Assembly: GCA_965277805.1 (NCBI GenBank)
Contig: OZ255842.1
Coordinates: forward strand, 2,016,001 to 2,080,000
DNA: 64,000 nt
DNA from: Candidatus Lustribacter sp.
GTDB taxonomy: Bacteria > Vulcanimicrobiota > Vulcanimicrobiia > Vulcanimicrobiales > Vulcanimicrobiaceae
Reading direction: 5' to 3'
The notes below the pieces were generated by a model. That model was given only the letters and a program-made list of their open reading frames with translations, did no database searches and was not told where the DNA came from. Of the stretch, positions 37,647-47,061 are shown piece by piece (the stretch's first letter is position 1; every line of letters begins with the position of its first letter). Both the position numbers and the translations under genes were made by a program.

Positions 37647-38645
37647 TCAAGAACCCCTGGCCGCGGCCGGGAGCTTCAACATCCGCTCGGCATTGCGGTG
37701 GGCGATATCTTCTCTTTCTGATTCGCCGACGGGTAGCGTATCGAGAAAGTCGCGCGCCGCGCGATTGGTCGCGAATGGGTAGTCGACCGAGAAGAGAAGC
37801 CGATCCGTTCCGAACGTGAGCAAGGCCCCCATGAACGGCGGCAGGGTAAAGAAGCCGCTGGTCGTGACCGCGACCTGATCTAGAATCGTCTCGCCTACCG
37901 TGCGTTGCAAACCGGTATTGACGTGCGCAAACGCCTCATCGCTGCGCGCGAGCATGATTTGCAAACCTTCACCCATGTGGCCGATAATGAGCCGCAACTT
38001 TGGATGACGATCGAGCGCGCCGGAAAGCACCAGGCGCAAGACGTGCACCGCGGTATCAGCGTGCCATCCCCAGGCGGCGTTCGCGAACATGTACGACACT
38101 GCCGGATCGAAGCCGTCATAGTATCCGCGCCGCACGCTTGCCGGCGGAACTCCCGGATGCAGATAGAGCGCCACGCCGAGGGCTTCTGCGCGCTCCAGCA
38201 CGGGATCGAACATCGGGTGATCGAGAAATTTTTCGTCGGTGTGGCCGCTGATCATGGCGCCGCAAAAACCGTATTGCTGCACCGTGCGCTCGAGTTCGCC
38301 GGCCGCTGCTTCCGGCGCCGTCAACGGCAGATGTGCGAATGCCGCAAAGCGGTCTGGGTGCCGCTGCACCCTGGCAGCCAATTCATCGTTGTAACGGCGG
38401 GCAAAAGCGGGACCGGCGTCCGCCGGCAATAAGTCCGCTCCGGCACCAATGACGGAAAGAACTTGGACGTCGATGCCCGCCTCATCCATCAAACGAAGCC
38501 GCTTCTCATCCACCTCATCGAGATCGTCCGTGCGCGATTCGGGACCCAGAGCGGGGGCCATGCCGCGCCGCAGCTTCAGCCCCGGATCGATCTCGCTCGC
38601 AAAGCGCCGAAAAGAAACGTGCTCCTCGAGTGCGATAATGCGCAC
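37647..38645 (-). CDS. Amidohydrolase_2 family (2,3-/2,6-dihydroxybenzoate decarboxylase-like)
   Basis: IALEEH, LYLHP, IIGHMGE, TTSG, FSVDYPF. Confidence 0.9.
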   Translation of the reverse strand: MRIIALEEHVSFRRFASEIDPGLKLRRGMAPALGPESRTDDLDEVDEKRLRLMDEAGIDVQVLSVIGAGADLLPADAGPAFARRYNDELAARVQRHPDRFAAFAHLPLTAPEAAAGELERTVQQYGFCGAMISGHTDEKFLDHPMFDPVLERAEALGVALYLHPGVPPASVRRGYYDGFDPAVSYMFANAAWGWHADTAVHVLRLVLSGALDRHPKLRLIIGHMGEGLQIMLARSDEAFAHVNTGLQRTVGETILDQVAVTTSGFFTLPPFMGALLTFGTDRLLFSVDYPFATNRAARDFLDTLPVGESEREDIAHRNAERMLKLPAAARGS

Positions 38646-38688
38646 GGCGTTAACCCCTCAGTCCAAACGATACGTGATGTGAGAAAAA

Positions 38689-40290
38689 TTACGACTTGAT
38701 GAGATCGGCTGCCTTTTCAGCCACCATGTAGACGGCTGCGTTAATGTGCGCCGAGACGAGATCGGGAAAGACCGAGGCATCGACCACCCGCAATCCCTCG
38801 ATGCCGCGCACGCGCAGTTGCGGATCGAGCACGCTGTCTTCGCCGCTGCCCATCCGGCACGTGCCGGCGGCATGACTCACGCCGGTCGCGGTGCGGCGCA
38901 AGTGCTGATCGATATCTTCATCGCTCGTAACGCCGGCCCCGGGATCGAGTTCGTCACCGCGAAACGCATCGAGTTGCGTCGATTCGCCGATCGCGCGCGC
39001 CATGCGTAAACCCTCTCGCAGCTTCGCGATATCGGCCGGTGCGGAGAAATAATTAAAGTGAATGATTGCCGGGTCGGCGGGGTTTGCCGAGCGCAAGCGC
39101 ACCGTTCCGCGGCTTTCGGGGTGCAGCAGGACGGGATCGATGCCCCACGAGTCGGTATACGCCTTCTGAGCCACGGGCCAATAGGGTCCGACGACGGGCG
39201 GTGAACTGCGGAGCATGAACTCCAGATCGGGCACTTCGAGTTCCGGACTCGATTTGATGTACGCTTGCGTTTCGAGCGGCAGTTCCGTCGCCGGTCCGGT
39301 TCCAAACAGCAGCGCTTGCAGCATCGCAAGGCCCGCCCGGTCATAGCGCATGAGTTTGTTGAAGCTGCTACGCGGCCCGCGCCGCTTCCAGAGCACGAGC
39401 GCTCGTACGTGATCTTGAAGGTTGTTGCCGACCGGCAGCGCCGCGACAACGGGAATACCGAGTTCACGCAAATGCTCGGCCGGACCGATCCCTGAGTGCA
39501 TCAGTAACGCGGGCGAACTGAGCGCGCCGCCGCTCAGCACCACCTCGCGTTCGGCGCGCACGGTTTCGACGCCGCCTGCGCGAGCATACTCAACGCCGGC
39601 CGCGCGGGTGCCGTCCAGCAATATTCGGCGGGCCGTGGCACCGGTAACGACGGTCAAGTTATGTCGATTCATCGCGGGCAGCAGGTAGGCACGCGCAGCC
39701 GAGTCGCGCCGGCCGTTGTGCAAGTTGAACTGCGTGCGGCCGAAGCCGACGCTCTGGGCGTTATAGTCGCCGGTCAACGGATAGCCGCACGCTACGGCAG
39801 CCCGATCGACGGCGGTCGTGAGCGGATCGTTCGGCTTCGCCGCAACGACGTGCACCGGACCCGTTCCGCCGCGTAACGTTGAAGCGCCGCCTTCCCACGT
39901 CTCGATTCGACGGAAGTACGGCAACACGTCGTTCCACGACCATCCGCCGGCGCCGTTGCGCGCCCAACGATCGAAATCACCTGCGCTGCCCCGTGTGAAG
40001 GCCGTCATGTTTATCGAAGAGCCGCCGCCGAGCACTTTTCCGCGCAAGGCTCGCATCGGGCGGTTTGCCATGCCCGCTTCAGGAACCGAATTCTGGCCCC
40101 ACTCGAACATCCGCTTCATTTGCAGTTTGCCCATGCCGAGCGGAATGCGGATGTAGGGATGTCCATCGGCCCCGCCGGCCTCGAGCAAGAGGACGCGGGT
40201 AGCGGGATCTTCGCTCAGGCGGCCGGCTAAAACACAGCCGGCAGATCCCCCGCCGACGATGACGTAATCGTACGTCCGTGCGGCCGTCAC
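38689..40290 (-). CDS. GMC oxidoreductase (choline/alcohol dehydrogenase-like)
   Basis: YDYVIVGGGSAGC, RGKVLGGGSSIN, VGNNLQDH, HAAGTCRMG, LRVVDAS; GTG overlaps the upstream stop. Confidence 0.93.
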   Translation of the reverse strand: MTAARTYDYVIVGGGSAGCVLAGRLSEDPATRVLLLEAGGADGHPYIRIPLGMGKLQMKRMFEWGQNSVPEAGMANRPMRALRGKVLGGGSSINMTAFTRGSAGDFDRWARNGAGGWSWNDVLPYFRRIETWEGGASTLRGGTGPVHVVAAKPNDPLTTAVDRAAVACGYPLTGDYNAQSVGFGRTQFNLHNGRRDSAARAYLLPAMNRHNLTVVTGATARRILLDGTRAAGVEYARAGGVETVRAEREVVLSGGALSSPALLMHSGIGPAEHLRELGIPVVAALPVGNNLQDHVRALVLWKRRGPRSSFNKLMRYDRAGLAMLQALLFGTGPATELPLETQAYIKSSPELEVPDLEFMLRSSPPVVGPYWPVAQKAYTDSWGIDPVLLHPESRGTVRLRSANPADPAIIHFNYFSAPADIAKLREGLRMARAIGESTQLDAFRGDELDPGAGVTSDEDIDQHLRRTATGVSHAAGTCRMGSGEDSVLDPQLRVRGIEGLRVVDASVFPDLVSAHINAAVYMVAEKAADLIKS

Positions 40291-41483
40291 CCTTCCGCCG
40301 GCACGAGCGTTTCGCGATCCCATTCGGCGACCGGGTCGAAGCCCCACACGAAATCGATATTGAAGTGCGATCCGCCACGCCCAGCTTCGATCAACGCTTT
40401 TTGCGCCGCCGCGTCGTTCATATGCTTGAAACGGGCGGTCGATATCGCTAAGCGTTGCACTGCCTGCACGCGCGGAATCCGAACCCGGCGAAAATTGCTG
40501 AACGCTTCAACCCGATTGGTACGATCCGCATCGAGCCAACGTGCGAGGATATACGCATCTTCGAAGGCTTGGCACGCGCCTTGCCCGATGTTCGGCAGCA
40601 TCGCATGGGCTGCGTCACCGATCAACTGAATCCGGCCACGTCCCCAGTTACCGGTTAGCGGACGCGTGAAGAGGCCCCATTTCGAACAATCGTTTACCAG
40701 ATTCAGCAACGTCGCGAGCCGCGGTTCGGGGTTGGGGAAGCTGGCGCGCATCTCGTCGGGATCGCCGGCACTCGACCAGCCTTCGTCCACCCAGTCTTCC
40801 GTGTCTTGCTGCGTGACGATGTTGACGATTTCTTTGTGACGGATATAGTACGCGATGAAGTGACAGCCGGAACCCATCCACTGAATGCGCCCGTTCGGTT
40901 CCAAAATTTCGGCTGGAACGTCGCTCGCTTTCAACAAAGCCCGCCACGCCATTTGACCGGTGTAAGACGGATGGTCGTCACCGTAGAGCGCGTGACGGAT
41001 CGTCGAACGAACGCCGTCGGCACCGATGACGATATCGGCCTCAACGGTCGCACCGTTCGCGAACGTCAACGAAACCGCACTGCCGTGCTCTTCGATGCCG
41101 GTAAGACGGTGCCCCAAGTGGATCGTTTTCGGATCGATCCCGTCGGCCAGCGCGTCGAGCAGGTCGGCGCGATGAAAGGTATACGACGGCGCCCCGAAAC
41201 GGGCTTCAATATCTTTTGGGTCGCGAAACTCGAGAAACTCGCCGGTCTGCATGTTCCGCGTATACAAGCCCTGAAAACGGTCGCCGATCTTGGAGATCTT
41301 CTCGCCAAGTCCGATCGCCTGCAGTGCCTTGAACGCCTGCGGGCTGGTACCGACGGCAGCACCGATCTCGCCGAGTGCGGGCGCCGTTTCGAACACGTCT
41401 GCCTGCATTCCGAACTTCGCAAGTGCCTGCGCCGTCGCCAGTCCCCCGAGTCCGCCACCGACGATTGCAATCTTGCATTTCAT
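40287..41483 (-). CDS. FAD-dependent monooxygenase (salicylate/6-hydroxynicotinate hydroxylase-like)
   Basis: IVGGGLGGL, FHRADL, GADGVRS, LIGDAAHAMLPNIGQGACQAFED. Confidence 0.92.
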   Translation of the reverse strand: MKCKIAIVGGGLGGLATAQALAKFGMQADVFETAPALGEIGAAVGTSPQAFKALQAIGLGEKISKIGDRFQGLYTRNMQTGEFLEFRDPKDIEARFGAPSYTFHRADLLDALADGIDPKTIHLGHRLTGIEEHGSAVSLTFANGATVEADIVIGADGVRSTIRHALYGDDHPSYTGQMAWRALLKASDVPAEILEPNGRIQWMGSGCHFIAYYIRHKEIVNIVTQQDTEDWVDEGWSSAGDPDEMRASFPNPEPRLATLLNLVNDCSKWGLFTRPLTGNWGRGRIQLIGDAAHAMLPNIGQGACQAFEDAYILARWLDADRTNRVEAFSNFRRVRIPRVQAVQRLAISTARFKHMNDAAAQKALIEAGRGGSHFNIDFVWGFDPVAEWDRETLVPAEG

Positions 41484-41493
41484 GAGGCTTCTC

Positions 41494-42702
41494 CTAGTCT
41501 AGCGGGTACGTATCGCTCGGGAGCGGCGGTAGCCCAAGTTCGTCGCGGCCGGCAATTTGGAATGCCGGAGCCGTCCATGCGGCATGATGACCGATTGCGT
41601 GCATATCGCGCCAGTGGCGTTGGAGCGGTGAATCGCCGTGCAAGCCCCGTGCACCGCTCAGATCGAACAATCGGTCGACGGCCCGTTGCAGCAACTTGTG
41701 CGTCATGAGATAATCGCGCCGATGCCGTACGGCGTCGAGCCGCTTGATGTCTTTGCCTTCCATCACCGTCGCATTCAACTTCTCCGTGATGAGATAGGCC
41801 AGATCGATTTCGGCCTTCGATTCACCGATGGCAATCTGCATCTCGGGGCGATCGGCCGAGGCTCCGCCGAAGACATTACCGCGTTTCGCAGTGTATCCGA
41901 CGAACGATTCATACGCGCCGCGCGCGATGCCGTGCGTCGGCGACATGACGGGAAAGCCGGCGTTGACGATGAGCGGCGCGCGATACATTGGCCCCTCGTG
42001 CAAATTCTGACCGGGTGCGCGACCGACGAGCGCGTCTTCATGAGCGTAGGTAAACGCTTCCGGAACGAACGTGGGTTCCACGATGACGTCGTTGCTGCCC
42101 GACCCTCGCAGACCGGCGGAATTCCAAACGCGATCGATCTTGAACTGATCCGAGCGCAGCAAGAAATTCAGTTGCCGCCGAGTGCCGTCGACACCGGTTG
42201 CGAATCCGCCGAGGATCGCCCATTGGCAATAATCACCGCCGGACGCGAACGGCCAACGTCCCGTGAGCTCGTAACCGCCGTCGACAATCTTCACTTGGCC
42301 CGCCGGGTTGACGAACGAGGTCAAGATGACGGGATCGGGTTGGCGCTCGTAGACGAAGCACTGCGCTTCTTCGGGGAAGAGGCTGAGGAAGTATTGATGG
42401 GTCAAGAAAAATGCCATGACCCAACCGGTCGAACCGCAGAATCGGGCGACTTCGCTCACGCAATCGATGCCCGTCAGCCAATCGCCTTCGAAACCGCCGA
42501 ACCGCTTGGGCCGAAGCAGCGGCATCAGCCCCGAGTCGAGGATCGCCTGGACGTTTTCTTCCGGGAGACGGCGCAGCTCTTCCGCCGCGCCGGCGTTCTT
42601 TTCGGCAATCGGCGCAATCGTTTGAGCGCGCTCGATCGCCTCCTCGTGCGAGATCGTCATCCCATGGTAATTCGTGGCAACGCGCGGACCGGTTACAAAC
42701 AT
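41494..42702 (-). CDS. Two-component flavin monooxygenase, oxygenase subunit (HsaA/acyl-CoA dehydrogenase fold)
   Basis: PKRFGG, CGSTGW, GRWPFASG, WNSAGLRGSGSNDV, LQRHWRDMH. Confidence 0.9.
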   Translation of the reverse strand: MFVTGPRVATNYHGMTISHEEAIERAQTIAPIAEKNAGAAEELRRLPEENVQAILDSGLMPLLRPKRFGGFEGDWLTGIDCVSEVARFCGSTGWVMAFFLTHQYFLSLFPEEAQCFVYERQPDPVILTSFVNPAGQVKIVDGGYELTGRWPFASGGDYCQWAILGGFATGVDGTRRQLNFLLRSDQFKIDRVWNSAGLRGSGSNDVIVEPTFVPEAFTYAHEDALVGRAPGQNLHEGPMYRAPLIVNAGFPVMSPTHGIARGAYESFVGYTAKRGNVFGGASADRPEMQIAIGESKAEIDLAYLITEKLNATVMEGKDIKRLDAVRHRRDYLMTHKLLQRAVDRLFDLSGARGLHGDSPLQRHWRDMHAIGHHAAWTAPAFQIAGRDELGLPPLPSDTYPLD

Positions 42703-42747
42703 CAGACCACCTTCAGTGAGCCCTAAGGCATCATACCTTACGTATAT

Positions 42748-42761
42748 CGTAATCGATTACG
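42748..42761. promoter_or_regulatory. Palindromic operator CGTAATCGATTACG (putative IclR/HmgR-like site)
   Basis: Perfect 14-bp palindrome between divergent genes; identical copy at 44958. Confidence 0.75.
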
Positions 42762-42831
42762 TAGTGCAAGCCCTTTTTTTCCGGAATCTTCCCTATTGCG
42801 AAACTAATCGCTCTATGAGTAATATTAGACC

Positions 42832-44079
42832 GTGGCAACCAATACCGCCTCCGGCAAAGCGAAATTCCCCGTCGATGGGGTCCTCATGGACCGGCCGTTC
42901 AAAGTGCGCCGCCTCGGCCACTTCGGCTACAACTCCTATAAGATGGAAGAGGCGCTCCACTTTTACCGCGATTTGCTCGGGTACCGGATCACGGACGATC
43001 TCGACTTTTCGAAGACGATCCCGAAGCCTGGCCTCTTCGATGGCGTCCCCAGCGTCGGGTACTTCACGACCCACGGCACTGACCACCACTCGTTCGTCCT
43101 CTTCCCCCGCGCCGCGCTCGATCGGATGCAGACCGGAAGCGCCGGCGGCCACACGACCAACAGCGAGGTGACGACGAATCAGATCACGTGGCAGGTCGGT
43201 TCGTTAAGCGAAGTAAGCAATGGAATCGAATGGTTCCGCTCGCTCGGAATCGACCCTGGGCGCGTCGGCCGGGACGTGCCGGGCTCCAACTGGCACAGCT
43301 ATCCCTCCGATCCTGAAGGCCACACCAACGAGATCTACTACGGCATCGAGCAAATCGGCTGGAACCTTCGCTCGAAGCCGCGCGAAAATCGCCAGCGTGG
43401 ATTTCGCGTCAAGCCTGACTTACCGCAGATTTCCGAGTATCAAGAACTCGAGGCGTTTAAAGCAGACGGCGTCGACCTCGACAGCGGCTACACGCACGTC
43501 GAAAAGGGCCCGTTCACCTACGACGTCGGCGGCGTGTTACTCGCGCGGCCATTCAAGACGATCAAGATCGGCCCGGTGCGTCTCTTTATCGCCGATATGG
43601 AGAAGGCGCTCGACTTCTACACGCATGCTTTCGGCTTGCGAATCACCGAAGAGGTCGTCTACAACGGGCATCGTTGCGTTTTCTTGCGCTGCAACACCGA
43701 GCATCACTCGCTCGCACTCTACCCGATCGCGCTGCGCGAAGAACTCGGCCTCTCGCCGCACACGACGTGCATGAGCTTCGGCAATCAAGTCGGCGGTTAC
43801 GGCCAGCTGCGCAATGCGATCGACTATCTCAAAAGCAACAGCGTAACGATAAAATACTTACCGCCGGAACTCTTCCCGGGCATCGATTACAGCGCGTTTG
43901 CCGTAGATCCCGACAATCATCTCGTGCAGCTCTACTATTACATGGAGCAGGTCGGTTGGGACGGCCGAGTCCGTTCGAGCTCCGAGCGGCCGAAAGTCGA
44001 CAACGCGAACTGGCCGAATGCCGTCTCCGCGATGTCCGACACCTACGATGGCGAGACGCTGTTAGGCCCCCTCGGCTGA
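42832..44079 (+). CDS. Two-domain VOC family protein (extradiol dioxygenase-like)
   Basis: RLGHFG...FYRDLLGYRITD, DHHS, DPEGHTNE; second repeat FLRCNTEHHSL, DPDNH. Confidence 0.88.
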   Translation: MATNTASGKAKFPVDGVLMDRPFKVRRLGHFGYNSYKMEEALHFYRDLLGYRITDDLDFSKTIPKPGLFDGVPSVGYFTTHGTDHHSFVLFPRAALDRMQTGSAGGHTTNSEVTTNQITWQVGSLSEVSNGIEWFRSLGIDPGRVGRDVPGSNWHSYPSDPEGHTNEIYYGIEQIGWNLRSKPRENRQRGFRVKPDLPQISEYQELEAFKADGVDLDSGYTHVEKGPFTYDVGGVLLARPFKTIKIGPVRLFIADMEKALDFYTHAFGLRITEEVVYNGHRCVFLRCNTEHHSLALYPIALREELGLSPHTTCMSFGNQVGGYGQLRNAIDYLKSNSVTIKYLPPELFPGIDYSAFAVDPDNHLVQLYYYMEQVGWDGRVRSSSERPKVDNANWPNAVSAMSDTYDGETLLGPLG

Positions 44080-44892
44080 ACGCGGCTTAAACCCCAAACG
44101 CTGCGAAAGCTCGGCCGCCTTCGCCATCGCCTGTTCTGCCAAAGCCCCGCCGATCTTGAAATCATGCTGGTCCGTTTGGCCCGTCATCGTAATCGTGTAA
44201 ACGATGTTGCCGGTGTGGTCGAACACCGGCACGGCGAGACCGCTCATACCCGACACCACGAGATTGTAGGCCGTGCTTATGCCGTCACGCCGCGTGTCGC
44301 TGATGATTTTTTCGACGTCGTCGTTCGAGAGCGTGTCGTACGACAATTCGGCGGCCAGAGTGCGGGCGGTGCGTTCGCGCGGCAGGTAGGCGAGGAACAC
44401 GCGCCCGGACGCCGAGCGCAGTAGCGTCAGGCGCGATGCCAGCCGTACGCCCGTAAAGATAACGCCGATGCCGAATTCCACTGCCGTCACGACGACGGTT
44501 TCGTTGACCCAGGCCGCCGTGCAACACGTGACGCCCGTTTGCAGCGCCAGGTCGGTCACCGCTTGCCGGGCCGTGCCGTCCTGGTCGACCATGCCGAGCG
44601 CGGCCAATCCGAGTTCCACTGCCAAAGGTCCGAGGACGTAATAGCGCGACCCGGAAACGCGCTCGATCAGCCCCGCTCGAATTAGGCTTACAAGGTAACG
44701 GTGCGCTTTGGGCGGGGCGAGTCCCGCGGCTTGGGCGATCGCCTTGAGCGGCAACGGCCGGCCCGCGTTGACGAGCGGCCGGATCAGGGCCAAGCCGACC
44801 TCAACGGACTGAACGCCGGCGCTTTCGGTCTTACTTTCCGGGATCAACTCAGTCGGCGCTCCCTTGTCCCGAAGCGCGGCGCGCGGTGGCAT
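44062..44892 (-). CDS. IclR-family regulator, HmgR-like
   Basis: GVQSVEVG...KAHRYLVSL...LGP.AVELGLAAL; SASGRVFLAYL; LAVPVFD. Confidence 0.92.
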   Translation of the reverse strand: MPPRAALRDKGAPTELIPESKTESAGVQSVEVGLALIRPLVNAGRPLPLKAIAQAAGLAPPKAHRYLVSLIRAGLIERVSGSRYYVLGPLAVELGLAALGMVDQDGTARQAVTDLALQTGVTCCTAAWVNETVVVTAVEFGIGVIFTGVRLASRLTLLRSASGRVFLAYLPRERTARTLAAELSYDTLSNDDVEKIISDTRRDGISTAYNLVVSGMSGLAVPVFDHTGNIVYTITMTGQTDQHDFKIGGALAEQAMAKAAELSQRLGFKPRSAEGA

Positions 44893-44957
44893 GCGCAACA
44901 AATTGCACGATAACGACCCGGTTCCCCGCGCGACTGACGGACAAAGCACTTGCAATA

Positions 44958-44971
44958 CGTAATCGATTACG
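44958..44971. promoter_or_regulatory. Palindromic operator CGTAATCGATTACG inside a sigma70-like promoter
   Basis: TTGCAA (44950)-operator-TATACG; upstream of both the IclR gene and the citE-like operon. Confidence 0.75.
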
Positions 44972-44984
44972 ATATACGATATAC

Positions 44985-45860
44985 GTGGGTTATCGCTCCA
45001 TGCTGTTTGTTCCCGGTGATCGCCCCGAGCGAATGGATCGAGCCATGCAATCCGGTGCCGACGCCGTCGTCTTCGACCTCGAGGACTCCGTAACGCCGGA
45101 ACGGCACGCCGCAGCGCGCGAAACGGTCCAGTCCAAGATCGGCGGCACGGGCGTGGACCGCTGGGTACGCATCCTCGCCTTCGGTTCGGAGGACGCCGAC
45201 CTCGATCTGCGCGCCGCCGTCCGGCCGGGCCTCACCGGCGTCATCCTGCCGGGCGTCCGCGATCCCGGCACCGTGCGGTCTGCGGCTGCGCGGATCGCCG
45301 AACTTGAATCAGCCGGCGGGGTCGACGCTGATTCTATTCGTCTCCTTCCGCTGATCGAGAGCGCTCTCGGTCTGCATCGAGCCTTCGATATTTTCGCGGC
45401 CAGTTCGCGCGTCAGCGTCGGTGCCTTCGCTGGCGCACCCGGCGGCGATTTATGTGCCGACCTAGGGGCGCAGCCGGTGCCCGGCGGTGTCGAGTTACTT
45501 CACGCGCGTTCGCACCTCGTGCTCGAAGCGCGCGCAGCCGGAATGGAATCTGTGATCGACAGCGTGTGGGTCGATATGGAAGACGGCGCCGGACTGGAAG
45601 CCGACAGCCGCCTCGGACGCCGGCTCGGATTTACCGGCCGATTTGCCATCCACCCCAAACAAATTGCTGCGCTTCACGCTGCGTATAGCCCGACCGAGGC
45701 GGAGATCGACGATGCGCATGCCGTTGTATCGGCCTACGAAGCCGGCCGCGCGGAAGGTCGCGGTGCGATCCGGCACCGCGGCCGCCTCGTCGATCGCGCG
45801 ATGGCAATTGCCGCAGAACGCTTACTCGCCTCAATTCGCACGGAGTCTACGCAGCGATGA
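44985..45860 (+). CDS. CitE/HpcH-type CoA-ester lyase
   Basis: RSMLFVPGD, GADAVVFDLEDSV, LIESA, LGFTG..AIHPKQ. Confidence 0.92.
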   Translation: MGYRSMLFVPGDRPERMDRAMQSGADAVVFDLEDSVTPERHAAARETVQSKIGGTGVDRWVRILAFGSEDADLDLRAAVRPGLTGVILPGVRDPGTVRSAAARIAELESAGGVDADSIRLLPLIESALGLHRAFDIFAASSRVSVGAFAGAPGGDLCADLGAQPVPGGVELLHARSHLVLEARAAGMESVIDSVWVDMEDGAGLEADSRLGRRLGFTGRFAIHPKQIAALHAAYSPTEAEIDDAHAVVSAYEAGRAEGRGAIRHRGRLVDRAMAIAAERLLASIRTESTQR

Positions 45861-47059
45861 AACCCTCACAGTCGCTGAGCGGCATTCGCGTCCTGGATGC
45901 GGGGCAAGTCGTCTCAGGTCCGTTCATCGGCCAGTTGCTCGGCGACTTCGGCGCCGATGTGATCAAGATCGAGCACCCCGAGGGCGGCGATCCCTATCGT
46001 CGCTTCGGGCCAAGCCGTGACGGCGTGCCCCTTGGCTGGCTCTCGATGGCCCGCAATAAGCGATCGCTTTCGCTGGATCTGGCTAAACCCGAGGGAGCCG
46101 GCATTTTCCGCGAACTGGTTGCGACCGCAGACGTCGTGATCATGAGCTTTCGCCCGTCGACGCTCGAGCGGTATGGTCTGCGTTACGAGGATCTCTGCGC
46201 GATCAACCCGCGCATCGTGCTCGTGCTCGTTTCCGGCTTCGGACAGACGGGGCCGTACCGCGATCGCGCCGGCTTCGGCACGTTGGCGGAAGCGATGAGC
46301 GGTTATGCCGCGATGAACGGCGAGGCCGACGGGCCGCCGATTCTGCCCCAGTTCGCGCTTGCCGACAGCGTCGCCGCACTGTACGGCGCTTTTGGGGTGC
46401 TGAATGCGCTCTACTGGCGTGACGCGCTCGGATCGGGCGTCGGGCAGCTGGTCGACGTCAGCTTGATCGAACCGCTGTTCTCGCTGCTCGGCCCGATCGC
46501 GACCTACTACGACCAGCTCGGCGAAGTCCCGCAGCGGCTCGGCAGCCGTAACATCTTCAACGCACCGCGCAACGTGTACCGCGCCAAAGACGGCGGCTAT
46601 GTCGCCATCGCCGCATCCGTCCAGGAGATCGCGCGCCGTTGTTTTGCGGCCATTGGGCAGCCCGAGCTCATCGACGACGAGCGTTTCTCGACCGCTCGCG
46701 CACGCGTCGCAAATGTCGATGCGGTCGATGCGATCGTCGGCGCATGGGTCGGCGAGCGAACGCGCGATGAAGCCATTCAGATCTTGCTCGACGCGCAAGT
46801 TGCGGCCGCTCCCGTAATGGATATCGCCGACTTGGCGCGCGATCCGCACGTAGCTGCGCGCAACATGATCGCTGAAGTTCCGAATGCGCGCCTGGGTCCG
46901 GTGCGCATGCACGGCGTCGTGCCGGTGCTCTCGCGGACGCCGGGCGCAATTCGTTCCGGCGGTCCTGAAATCGGCGAACACACCGATGACATTCTGCGCG
47001 AGCTTCTCGACGTCAGCGACGAGCGGCTCGCCGCGCTGCGGGCAGCCAAGGTTATCTAG
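45857..47059 (+). CDS. CoA-transferase family III (CaiB/BaiF)
   Basis: LSGIRVLD, GDFGADVIKIEHP, RNKRSL, SGFGQTGPY, ALAD. Confidence 0.93.
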   Translation: MKPSQSLSGIRVLDAGQVVSGPFIGQLLGDFGADVIKIEHPEGGDPYRRFGPSRDGVPLGWLSMARNKRSLSLDLAKPEGAGIFRELVATADVVIMSFRPSTLERYGLRYEDLCAINPRIVLVLVSGFGQTGPYRDRAGFGTLAEAMSGYAAMNGEADGPPILPQFALADSVAALYGAFGVLNALYWRDALGSGVGQLVDVSLIEPLFSLLGPIATYYDQLGEVPQRLGSRNIFNAPRNVYRAKDGGYVAIAASVQEIARRCFAAIGQPELIDDERFSTARARVANVDAVDAIVGAWVGERTRDEAIQILLDAQVAAAPVMDIADLARDPHVAARNMIAEVPNARLGPVRMHGVVPVLSRTPGAIRSGGPEIGEHTDDILRELLDVSDERLAALRAAKVI

Positions 47060-47061
47060 TA

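Noticed and set aside
38670-38695. Extra ATTACG operator half-site between the GMC and amidohydrolase genes
   Set aside because: Coincides with the Ser-stop codons of the GMC gene; likely chance
34536-41483. Assignment as a nicotinate (nic) or vitamin B6 degradation cluster
   Set aside because: Only family-level resemblance; key partners such as NicX-type dioxygenase, maleate isomerase and XDH small subunits are absent, so no pathway gene symbols were assigned
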